Assembly (NCBI GenBank): GCA_003693705.1
Contig: RBZT01000102.1
Coordinates: 1-62,405, forward strand
Direction: 5' to 3'
Origin: Polymyxa betae A26-41
Taxonomy: Eukaryota > Protista > Endomyxa: Phytomyxea
Length of the DNA stretch: 62,405 bases
Made by a program: the position numbers and the translations under genes. Position 1 is the stretch's first letter. Each line of letters opens with the position of its first letter. Positions 1 through 10,441 of this stretch are shown piece by piece. The notes under the pieces were generated by a model, which was given only the letters and a program-made list of their open reading frames with translations, was not told where the DNA came from and made no database searches.

Positions 1-429
1 AGTAGCTACCGTCGATGTCTATGAAAACTGATGCAGGCAAGATCTATCGCGCAGTCAGGGACACCGACCGGGACGCCCATCTGAGAGGATTTCTCCAACT
101 GCAGCAGGAATACCTGTCCGCTCATCCGAAGATTTTCGAAGATTCTAACAGTATTACCCTTTTGCAATTCAAGCACCCACTGCCGTCCTTGCAGTGATGA
201 AGTTCGGCAAAGATCCTTGCAGCAGTAGGTTTCAGCATACAACTCGCCAACCATACACACCACAAAACGTTTTTCGTTTTTCAAAGATTTTCACATTCGT
301 CGTCATCCAATGAGCCCATGGTTGCGTTTGGTGCGGCAAAACCGGATTGGAACGGAAACGGTTTTGTTAGCGGGCAAACCAGGTTCTAAGAGAAACCGCT
401 TTCTATTTGCCTGGCTTCCAAACGAGCCC
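1..429 (-). mobile_element. PIF/Harbinger DNA transposon, 5' end (runs off window start)
   Basis: TIR CCAAACGAGCCC at 418-429 (revcomp GGGCTCGTTTGG, PIF/Tourist-type) followed by TTA. Minus ORF 6-284 has CRTSSLQGRQWVLEL..GNTVRIFENLRMS, typical of PIF transposase N-termini. Confidence 0.75.
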
Positions 430-467
430 TTAGGGTTGAAGATTGTTGCAATTCATACCTGTAAACT

Positions 468-840
468 TTATAGAGTAATTAAGTAATCTTCAATTCTTAG
501 AAAAAAATTCATGAAACGATTTCGTTTGGTGCTGTACACTCTTTTGCGAACATTATGGAAAGCCTCGGCATGTGCTGTGGTATATGGTATGGATCGATCC
601 GATAGCAAACAGCCCACTGTGCTTTTCGATTGGCATAGATTGTGATATAGCATTGTAAGAACTGAGGCTCATGATGCGACCAATACTGAATGAAATCGTT
701 GAGAGCCTGCTCGACATGCTCTACAGTATTTCCTGCATATAAGATTAGGGTGCTTTCAGCCAGGGTTGAGGGTCTTAATGAGGTTTCTAAGCTTTGAGCT
801 GGAGGATCCTACTTAACAGACACAGCGAGAAAGAAAGCAG
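468..840 (-). pseudogene. MULE transposase C-terminal remnant
   Basis: Frameshifted minus translation FIQYW..HEPQFLQCY...KAQWAVCYR...TTAHAEAFHNVRKRVY..KRNR matches the MULE WA..YR / TN..E.FH..LK motif. Probable intron ~732-811. Confidence 0.6.
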
Positions 841-1046
841 GAATCACCTTTCAATAGGGGGTATCAAAGTTGTTAAAACGCAATTTTTAAAAATCGATTC
901 TCCGTGGAAGCACCTCCGGGAGGTGCTTTTTAATTAAGAATCGCTTCTCACGGTTATGCGCCCAGATAAGTACCCTCGAAATTTACCGGTAGGTTAACCT
1001 TATCGTCATTCGTTGTCGTTATTTGCTGTCGCTCGCGATCTTTACC

Positions 1047-2138
1047 ATGTCAACTAAAGGCACGCCTTCTTCACATCCTAAAAGCCAACGCAAACGCAAC
1101 AGCCTGGCCGAGTTTAGTTCCATGTTCACCTTTCTCGAGATTTCTGAACCTTTCAAGTTAATCACCGGTTCCGCATCAAATGGCAAGCCAGTTGTTGCTG
1201 GTCAAAAACTTTCTAAGGCTACAGCCTACAAAGCCTTAGCAGATTTTGTCAACAAATTCCTTGACAATAAAGATCGTGTCTGGACCACACACGATGAGAA
1301 AAGCCGCTATGAAAGCTATGTAAAGCTTTATAAAAACACCAATGCGATTAGCGAACAAACTGGGTTCGGTCTAATACAGGGCGATATGAACAAGAATATC
1401 AAAACGATTGCAGAGAAACTGGATATAATGTGCCATTATTATAGCCGGATGCATCAGTTGTTTGGTGCTCGCCAAAATGTTACTCCTGCTGCAACCGCAG
1501 AGCTCGGCATTCCTGCCGGGTTCTTTAAAAAACCGTGGAAAAACTTGCCATGTGAAAGCGATGGAAACAGTGAAGAATCCAGCGACAATTCTATCGACAC
1601 AAACGCCGAAGAGCTCTCTATGGTCGATTATCACCAAAACTTGGGAATCCAGCCTGTTATGGCATCAGTCGTTGAATCTTCTGTACCTACCTCGCAGGAT
1701 GTAGGGTCAGGCCAGGGAAAGGAATATCTGGAGAACCTGGCAGATGCTTTCGGTAGCCATCAGCAGACCGACGAAAGTGACGATGAATGTCAAAAAATTG
1801 ACAGTAGAGCCCCAGGAAATGATGCAAAGTCCACCCCAGCCAGGGCGAAACGGTCTGAAAATTCTTCAAAAGGAATCGAATTTCCTGTAGTTACTCCTAA
1901 ATCCAACAAGCAGGCTCGCAAAGATTATGCTTCCGTTTTCGCCGAAACGCAAAATGCCCAACTGGAGTTCGAAGCGACAAAGATGGAGCACGAATTGGCT
2001 CTGCAACGGAAACATGCAGACATACAGCAAGGTAAAATTGATATTGAGAAGGCACGGCTGAAGTTGGAAGAGCCACGTAGTGGTCACAGCCAGCTGCTCG
2101 CTACAAAAGTGGCAAAGGCCAACCTCGTTGGTAGTTAA
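1047..2138 (+). CDS. Harbinger accessory (Myb/SANT-like DNA-binding) protein
   Basis: Long open ORF with helical N-terminus (AYKALADFVN...W...KSRYESYVKLYK...C.YYSRMHQLFG.RQNV.P), acidic middle and coiled-coil C-terminus. Lies inside the TIRs opposite a DDE transposase. Confidence 0.7.
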   Translation: MSTKGTPSSHPKSQRKRNSLAEFSSMFTFLEISEPFKLITGSASNGKPVVAGQKLSKATAYKALADFVNKFLDNKDRVWTTHDEKSRYESYVKLYKNTNAISEQTGFGLIQGDMNKNIKTIAEKLDIMCHYYSRMHQLFGARQNVTPAATAELGIPAGFFKKPWKNLPCESDGNSEESSDNSIDTNAEELSMVDYHQNLGIQPVMASVVESSVPTSQDVGSGQGKEYLENLADAFGSHQQTDESDDECQKIDSRAPGNDAKSTPARAKRSENSSKGIEFPVVTPKSNKQARKDYASVFAETQNAQLEFEATKMEHELALQRKHADIQQGKIDIEKARLKLEEPRSGHSQLLATKVAKANLVGS

Positions 2139-2286
2139 ATGACGGCTGGTGCAACAGTGGATCAAATTAAGCAACCCTTACAGCTTGCCTTCGACAACTA
2201 CCATGTATAGACATTAGGAAAAGAAATTCATTACCTTGTTGTACCAGGCGCCGAAGCTCTGATCCGTCTACAGTTGCACCAGTTTG

Positions 2287-3481
2287 TCAGTGGCTGTCAG
2301 ATTCGTAGTCAGTTTCTGGAAGATAATGGAAATTGTCTGATGCAAGACGACGTCCATTCACGATATTGTGAAGCACGCAGCATGCCGATATCCAATCACA
2401 GGCTGACTGGACGTCCCCCTCTGAATTAATGCAAATGGGCAAAGCCCTTAGTGATTGCCACCGAGCTTTCAAGACTCCGTTGCCATGTTCGGAAACTAAC
2501 CGTGCAGCTGAAAGCTTTTCGTTAAACTCCTGATTCATAGGCAAAGATGCAGCCGGATGCCGGTATGGCTCTATCATCCAGCTTGTTAACTTGAACCCTG
2601 AGTCGCCCAGCTGATACTGCCCAGGGGAGAAAAATTTCAATGGCTGCTTGTTAATCAGTCCACTGTTCCAGATTGTACTATCATGAACTGATCCAGGCCA
2701 ACCGGATAGCACATAACGAATCTGTCGGTTGCGCTCGAAAGTTAGCAAAACATTCATAGAATAATGCTTGTTTTCTGTTGAGAAACACTTCCCCATCAAG
2801 GCCTGGCTTTTGACGAAGCACAACGTGTGTACCATCAGTTGATAAAACGTAGCCTTCGAAGCCAAAATCTTGGTGCTTCAACTGGCTCAGAGCTGCACGC
2901 TCCGATTCATCTGGCCACAAGATGTATTTGGGGCTAAATCAGTCAGCGCTTTGATTACTCGCTTTGTGCAGAGACAGACTGTGCCGTATCCCACTCCTCC
3001 GGCTCTTTCAACCATACCGATTGATGCCCCCGTGCCTGAGCGTCCTGAACAATGCAGAGCGCAGGCTAGTTGAACCCATACTTCGCGTTGGGGGTTCTGC
3101 GAGTTGTTCTGAAAAATTTCATGGTCTAGAGGGTTTGGGGTTTTAAGGTTTACAGATAAAGACGATCTTTACTCTCTATTTCACTCAAGATATATCTGAA
3201 CGTATCCTGGCAAACTCTGTCCTATTGAATAAACTGTTTCGCAGTTCGAAAAGGGAGATTTTTTAACGCTGTTGCATCTTTAAATAGATTTTCTATCAGA
3301 TTGATATAACGACTTTGTCGAGCAAGCGCTATAATGGACAAAAGATTGAAGGCGATCCGCTTGGCACGAGATGATCTTTCAGGATCAGAATTCCTATAGA
3401 TCGCCATTTTAACAGACATAGCCTTTAAAGCGGCATCAAGATCTCTCAGCAAATGCTCTCTTTCTGAGAACCGCACCATAT
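2287..3481 (-). pseudogene. Harbinger DDE transposase (DDE_Tnp_4), frameshifted
   Basis: Motifs DGTHV, NRK..YSMNV, GWPGSVHDSTIW, LGDSGF, FN..LSAAR..SEH..GVLKARW, ACCVLHN are split over frames. Predicted intron 3109-3153. Confidence 0.9.
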
Positions 3482-3632
3482 GTAAATTTTTTAATGTTTG
3501 ATACCCCCGACTTATCTGCATGCCGAAAATGCGGTTTAGGGTAAACTTATCTACAAGGAAAATCGAGTTTCCTATCGGAAACTCAATCCGGGAAAATTAA
3601 CATCCCACGGAATTTTGATACCCCCTAGTGTG

Positions 3633-3877
3633 TGTTAACCTTGGATGCAGTTTGACGCTAGTGAACGTAAAGACAACTGATTTCGGGAATAAATATTTTA
3701 GTTTACCATGAACGTATTTTAATACGATAGAACACGAGTACGCAATCAGGCACACGCCACTGTAAGACTGGCCTGACACACGCCATGCCCACTCAATGTG
3801 CGGGATGTTGGGTAGCGCAGCCCGGTGCCCCAAGGTCTGCGTCAAAAGTGCGTGATGCCACACTTTGTGTCTTAACA
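3633..3877 (-). repeat. Copia 3' LTR
   Basis: TGTT...AACA termini. Aligns by eye to 10199-10441 with about 31 substitutions and 2 indels. Preceded on minus strand by polypurine GAGGAAGAG. Confidence 0.85.
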
Positions 3878-3996
3878 CTCTTCCTCGAGCGAGGGTCTAT
3901 CAAGTCGCCTTCGTCTTCGTCTTGATCGGTCGTGTCGCTGGCGTTGTCTCCCGGGTCGCCGACGTCGTCGACGATGGTGTCCATTATGGTGCTGAC

Positions 3997-4541
3997 CTAG
4001 TTCTTGAAGTCAACCTTTCCGAGGGGCTTGGTCATCGGGTCGGCGATCATCTCAGATGTTGGACAGGATTTAACAATCATTGTTTTAGTTTGGATCAGTT
4101 CGCGGACGAAACCGATTCTGACAGCCACTTGTTTCGGGCGTGCCGGATTCTTCTTTCCTTTGACCAATGCGATGCAACTTTCGTTGTCCTCGTAGATCAA
4201 GGTCGGTTTGGTGATGTCGATCACGCCGATATCACTGAGGTTTCGAGTCCACACCAACTCCTTTGCTGCGTCGGCTAATGCGTTCACTTCAGCCTCGGTG
4301 GTGGACAGAGAAGTAAGCTGTTGGCGTTTCGACTTCCAACTAATCGGGCCATGAGCACGATCCCGGTCGTTGATCGCGCGTCGGCCTTGCTACTTGCGAA
4401 GTCGGCGTCTGCATTGCCGGTGAGGTCGTACTGTTTCGCCTTCCTGAACACAATGCCAATGTTAATTGTGCCCTTCAGGTACCTCAGAATGCGCTTCACG
4501 TTAGAGACGGCGGCGGACGTTGGATGGGTTCCGCAACGCAT
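3997..4541 (-). pseudogene. Copia RT C-terminus and RNase H
   Basis: VKRILRYLKGT, ADADFA...RSTTG, IYEDNESCIAL, IADPMTKPL motifs. Confidence 0.9.
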
Positions 4542-4546
4542 CAGAT

Positions 4547-6804
4547 GGCTGAGATACGGGCATCAAGCATGCAACTAACCACGAACATGGTCGCAGACAA
4601 TAACTGGCAACTGTGGCGCCGAAAAGTTATCATCGGAATGAAACGAATGTGCGCTTATGTTACATTGACGGGTGACGATCCCAAACCATCCATATTGCAC
4701 AGCTCACCAGAGGACTCGAAGGAACTGCTCAGCGTACAAGTTCGGGTCTCCAATGCTACCATCAAGTTCGCTGGCGCGAAGTATAAGTGCAAATCTTCCC
4801 CGCAGGACACCAAAGCCGCGGACAAGCTCAAGGAGGCTTAACGAGAATTGGCTGAGGCTACGGAGGCGTATTGTGTGATCGCAGAAGCTCAGCAGCACGA
4901 TGACGATCAACAACAGCACTCTGAAGCAGTGGCCGACTGGGAGGGTCGACACGACCTGGCCTACCACATGCTCATCATGACCCAATCTGAAAATTATAAG
5001 ATGATGACCATCGATTGCCTTGACCTCACATCAACATGGAAGAAACTTGAACAACATTTCGAAGGGAAGGCTGCAGCTGATGTCCTCGCTGCCGAGGCTG
5101 AGCGGAACAACCTTTGCCTTTCCGAAAAAGACGATATCCTGACTTTTCTCAACTCCGTTAAATTAATCTGCAGAACTCTGACAAGCGCCGGTGCACCAAT
5201 CAGCGTCCAGAAGCTGCTCCAGACCGTCATTCGCAAGATACCTGTCAGAGACATGTGGGCGCAGCCCATTGGCGCAGCCTCGGCAGAAGGTCATGCCCCT
5301 GATTAAGTGCGTGAGTGCGTCAAATCCTTCTTGGCATTACCGGTTTGGTTGACTTCCGTGGCCTGGTTCTGATCTGAGTTCATACTTGTAATTGCCTTAT
5401 AAACGTTGTTTCAGCATCTTCCACCTCCCTCCTACCTTCTAGTGTTTCCGTCCCGTCTCAGTCTAGCTTGTCTCTATTCCTTGTCCTAACGGCGCCGCCT
5501 TCCTCACTCACATTTGTTCCTGATAATACCACCAAAGATGAGCGTCGTTCGGGGCACAATTCTCTACGGACCGGCTGAACGGCAAACATGGGCATCACTG
5601 GAGCAGAACATCACCAGTTACGCCAAGAACAACCCATCCAATAAGGAGCCTGAATACGCAAACACAGTCACTCACAAAAAGCAATGTAAGCACTGCAAAC
5701 GTGAAGGAAAACACGTGAAACATCTGCGGCAAGAAAGGTCACTTCCCAAGGCGCTGCAAGGAGCGAAACAAAATTGACGACATCGAAAAGGATACCAGCC
5801 ATCTTAGCAACTTCGCCCTCATGGCTGTTAAGCGGGACTTAAGAACACCGATGAGCTGGATCTTCGACAGCGGAGCAACAACATCAATCAAAGCCGAGGT
5901 CAAGCCCGACATAACTGTTACCAACGAAACGGTTACAATCTTCAACAGTTCTAAGCTTCAAGAACAGGGGCACGGACATGCCGATATCGATTTTACAATC
6001 AGCGACGTGTTATGCGTGCCTGCCGCCAGCCGGAACCAATTGTCTGTTGGAAAAGCGTGCGAGGACGGAGACCTAGACAGCGCCGTGTTCGACAAGAAAT
6101 GCTGCCGCTTAGACAAAGGAGGCCACCTGATTGCCACAGACAACAAAGTCAACGGATTGTACTTGTTAGACCGCCAGTCAATTGAAGAATCAGCCCACCC
6201 AGCACCACAAACCGATCTGTGGCATGGGCTTGCACACCTACCTGTAAGAACGCTGAACGACATGGAAACCGAATCGCTGGCAACCGGGATGGAACAGGCA
6301 CCAGAAAAGAAATGGAGGCTGGCGAAACCGGAAAGCTATGCCGTTTACCTTTCCCAGCAAGGGATCCTGACAGACGGAGCACGGAGCCAGGAAGAGCTCT
6401 TCACGTCGATCTATGTTACTACCCCGAGGAAAAAATCTAAGGCAACCGCTATAACATGCCAATTGTCGACGAGCATTCACGTTTCGTCACGGTATTCTTC
6501 ATGAAATACAAGGGCGAGGCAGCGAACCTTCTACTTCGCTGTATCCGTTTCTACGAGAGCTTCACCAACAGCAAGGTCCACACAATCCAGACCGACAATG
6601 GTGGAGAGTTCACCTCCAAGTACCTACGAGAAGAGTTGGAAAAGAAAGGCATCAGACTGTAAACATCTATCCCGTACTCGCCACAGCTGAATGGCATCGC
6701 TGAGCGTATGAACTGGACTCTGAACGACCACGCCCGAACCATACTCATCCAGTCTGGTCTCCCTCAACGATACTGGCAATCTGCTGTCGCTGCTGCTGCC
6801 CACC
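4547..6804 (+). pseudogene. Copia gag-protease-integrase (N part), degraded
   Basis: gag NWQLWRRK / TWKKLEQHFEG; knuckle CKHCKREGKH; protease WIFDSGAT; GAG-pre-integrase DLWHGLAH; integrase LHVDL, IVDEHSRF, IQTDNGGEF, PYSPQLNGIAERMN. Confidence 0.9.
5243..5525. mobile_element. Solo LTR inserted in Copia gag
   Basis: TGTCAG...CTGATA inverted termini and a perfect 5-bp TSD ATACC (5238-5242, 5526-5530). gag resumes after it. Confidence 0.85.
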
Positions 6805-6919
6805 GGATTCCTTAAATTGACCAATTTAATGATCAATTCTCAAAAAAATGATCAAGTCCGTATCCCGGCGTTTTTATCATTATAACCCTCAAATAAATGT
6901 ATTTTATGAATAAAATTTT

Positions 6920-7780
6920 TAGAGCTCAGCTTCCTCCAGTATAGCTTTGATTGGCCAGGATTGTTGTCACCTCGTGAAAATACTCCTTATCGGTCTTCAT
7001 CAAGTGAGCAACTGCCATGCTTTGCAAATGCAGCCTAAGATTAGGGTTAATACGCTGATCAAAACAATCTGAACATGCTTGTCAGACCAATCATAGAATC
7101 CTAGTTTTGAAAACCACGCTCCCCATTTCGGACCACACTCGATGGTGTCGTAATCGTGCTCGATCGCTGCAATCTCATGTTCTACCGCATTGATAACGCT
7201 CTGCAGTTTCTAGAAAGGACTGAGAAAGGCGATCTTGCTGAATGAAGACCCGCCCCCTAGGGGATCTTTCACTCGTATTTTGGGTCTCATTCTTGAGATG
7301 TCGACGACTGCAGTATCCATATACATCATTGCTTTTTTCAAGATGAGTTGATGTGGAATGCGAGGAATGAAGTACTCCTCAGAAAACGTTGCTGATATTG
7401 AACAAGGATTACAACCTCCATGCAAGGAATTGAGGATATGGTCATTCCACTTTCAGACAATATCTGGTATTTGATTATCTGATCTTCCAAGTCTAAAACT
7501 ATAAATAAATTAATGTGGATGATGTCTTTTCGAATGGGTATGTTAGCGTACGTTCGTCAGAGTCGCTGTTGCAGATGCTGCTCGCTGCAATTTCCGGCGA
7601 ATTGAGGATTTCGTTAATTTCCATGTAAGTAATCAACAAGCAGCAAGAATTGACATAATCCATAATTTTAAGGAAAGATACTTCTTTATTAAACAATAAC
7701 AATTCAAAGAATATTATCACACAGCATCCTACAGTACGAAATTTCGGAATCAACCCAGAATTATTGCTCAAACATGCATA
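6920..7780 (-). pseudogene. Second MULE gene, possible Ulp1/C48 SUMO-protease remnant
   Basis: Ordered fragments FIP....AVVDI......VKDPLG and HDYDTIECG resemble the C48 FIP..HW..VD / YDSL / Q.D...CG motifs. Confidence 0.35.
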
Positions 7781-8179
7781 GAATAATACAAGACTTGCTG
7801 AATCTGCAATTACAAAATGCGGGAATTTAGTACATTCATCGCCAGAGCTAAGGTCCGATTCGGCTGTGTCAGGAAACCAAGGCTGGCATTCCGACGAATC
7901 GCGGCGAAGTTGGGTGGAAGGAATCGGAGAATCATCGAATCGTCCATAGAAGGAGAACCAACAGAGGTCAACTGATTCTCGGTGCAGCTTTCATCTTCTT
8001 GTACGATGGGAAGAGAAGCAGCTTTCATCTCCATTGGCTGTGCAAAAATAAAATCACATGGCCGAGATGTGAATTTCATCTTACGTGCAAAACAATGAGT
8101 ATCTCGGCTCCACAGATCTTCATCTCCATCACCATCAACAAAGACAGTAACTTCCCTAGAATCTAAAGCAGATGAACCT

Positions 8180-9893
8180 ATTGTGAGCAGCTTCTCCCAA
8201 AACCCGGCTCGAGATTACCGAATCTTAACGGCAACTCCTTCCAAGGTAATGATGATTGAGGTTCTTGCACAACAGAGCGTAATACTACAGCTGGAACAGC
8301 CTCTGAAGATATGCCTGCATGGTTGTAGATCAAAAGAATCTGAAAGGTCCAATTTACCTGTTTGTAGATTGGATTGAACTGCAATCGAGAGATTTCTTAG
8401 GCGAAATGCTCGATAATCGTCGGAAATTATAGTTGAAACTGGAAGAAATGTTGAATCGTGCCTTGGTGGCCTTACTCGCCCGGCCTGACAATCCTGATAC
8501 TTCTCGAACACTTCCTCGCTGTCGTTCCTAAGACGTTCAACGAAATCGAGAATATTCGGATGACCGTTTCCTGTGAACATATGGTTCAGATGCCTGTTTT
8601 AAGTCTCCAGAGAGTTGATAGTGCGGTTAGCGATTTCTTGATTGATTGTTCTGATTATGAATATTCCATGTTGTGGGAGAGAATTTCTCATCCAGGTAGC
8701 ACTGAATACTCAAAGAACGATTCCATCTTGGTAATTTCGTCGTCCTCAGACGGCCTCAACCTCTGGCGGATATATTGAAAACCAACTGTGTATATCTCTT
8801 CGTGTGGAATAACTGTCAGAATGTCCAAGATTCCAGGCTGCATTAGTTTGTGAATCGTCTGATCAGTTACCTGCAATGTTTCAAGGTTCCTGCGGCTGGC
8901 CTGTTTCCAGTGAAACAGACAGCCAATGATCAATGTTTGTTGTCAGTTATTTTTACCTTTAATCGCAGTCATCAACGCTCTTTCAAAATCGCAAGTATCT
9001 GTGGCGATCTTTATAGGGCATCCCATGACAGCGATGCAGAGATTCAGTGCGAATTGATACAGATACGATGTTTCACCAGTCATCAAGATGTGAAAATCAG
9101 GAATGTACATGTCACTTCCTGCATCTCTAGCCATAATCGCCAGCAATTGCCTAAACTTGTCTGGAACAACTTTGAACGTCGCATCGATAAACAGATGCAC
9201 TCCCTGATATCGAAGCAGATTTCGAAGTCCAGAATGAGCCCAACCAACGAGCCGATGCTGGACGATGGGTGTAGATGGGTCGTACACCTCTGTAATAAAA
9301 CACAGCCATGTGCTCATTCTATCTCTGGAAAGAACAAGATTGGGATTCTCGATATCTTGGAGCCTATCGGCTCTCCGACCGCCATGGCGCTTGTTTTCCA
9401 CACGTGCGATGACTTGATTTTTGTCCATCATGTGAATTGGAACGCGACCATACTTGGAAACAATGACATTTCTGACATCAATCCAGATCGATTCGGCTGT
9501 TTGGACCGGTGAGAAATTGCAAGATCATCAATGAGATCTTGCATCTAAGCAAAGCAAGTCAGATACTGAATTTTACAAAACGATCAATACAACAGTATAA
9601 GTATACTTCTTCAATCACGTTAACGACTTGGGAAACGGATTCGGAATCGTCTAAACCAATTCGACACTTGTGATCATTGGAATAAATCCTTGGTCGATAA
9701 TTCCGTCAGGATCGACAAGGAGAGCAGCAGAACATGAAAATGATCGCTTTTTAGATGTACGCCATTGGCTGCATCTATAATAATGTTGGCCGTTCCTGTA
9801 GGTAGAAGAGAATTCATATTTGTGGTTGCCGACAAATATCATCGGTTGCTTAGCACCAGAGGCTGGCAAGGTTAGATTCAGATCAAATAGCAA
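8180..9893 (-). pseudogene. MULE transposase
   Basis: N-terminal YYRC..W.....CSA zinc domain; LFIDATFKVVP..F.QL; CDFERAL..AI; GCLFHWKQA; RTNN.LETYN-like motif; GHPNILDFVE. Confidence 0.9.
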
Positions 9894-10005
9894 CTTTCAA
9901 GGAAATTATCGCAGATAAACGACAGCAGTTATTATGGTGGCAGTATCTACGGACTTGATCATTTTATTGATCATTGATCATAAATTGGTCAAAAAATGGG
10001 CTTCC

Positions 10006-10190
10006 TGTCCACATCACTAACCTTGTTCCTAGTAGCACCAACAGCCGTCTCTCTCCCTATCAACTCTGGACTAGGCAAAGATCAGAGGTCGGCCACCTAC
10101 GAATCTTCGGCGGCCGTGCTTTCGTTTACGTTCCGGACCACAAGCGACAGAAGCTCGCACCAAAAGGCGCAGCTTTGCACTTTCCTGGGC
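10006..10190 (+). pseudogene. Copia integrase C-terminal part
   Basis: SPYQLWT....VGHLRIFGGRAFVYVPDHKRQKLAPK..LCTFLG. Confidence 0.85.
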
Positions 10191-10198
10191 CCAGAACC

Positions 10199-10441
10199 TG
10201 TTCAGCTTGGATGAAGCTTAACGCTGGTGTCCGTACAGACAACTGATTTCGGGAATGAATATTTTAGTTTATCACGAACGTTTTTCAAGAAGGTAGAGCC
10301 CGAGTCCGCCATCAGGCACGCGCCACTGTAGACTGGTCTGACACACGCCATGCCCACTCAATGGGCGGCACGTTGGGTAGCGCAGCCCGTACCCTAAGTT
10401 CTGCGTCAAAAGTGCGTCATGCCACACTCTGTGTCTTAACA
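10199..10441 (-). repeat. Copia 5' LTR
   Basis: Partner of 3633-3877. Followed on minus strand by GGTTCTGGGCCCAG (copia-type PBS). Confidence 0.85.

Larger units (their letters stand above)
857..3625. mobile_element. Full-length Harbinger-superfamily transposon with convergent accessory gene and transposase
   Basis: TIRs GGGGGTATCAAAGTT (857-871) and AATTTTGATACCCCC (3611-3625), flanked by TA on both sides. Two convergent genes lie inside. Confidence 0.85.
6805..10005 (-). mobile_element. Mutator/MULE DNA transposon inserted in Copia integrase
   Basis: ~58-bp imperfect TIRs (GGATTCC..TTGACCAATTT..ATGATCAA..AAAATGATCAAGTCCGTA and its reverse at ~9948-10005). Degenerate 8-bp TSD TGCCCACC/TGTCCACA. 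Integrase reads through when removed (AVAAAAHITNLVP). Confidence 0.85.
3633..10441 (-). mobile_element. Ty1/Copia LTR retrotransposon with inverted interior and two nested insertions
   Basis: Related direct LTRs at 3633-3877 and 10199-10441. Minus-strand PPT at 3878-3890 and PBS at 10185-10198. Flanks GTGTG/GTATG form a 5-bp TSD with 1 mismatch. Confidence 0.8.
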
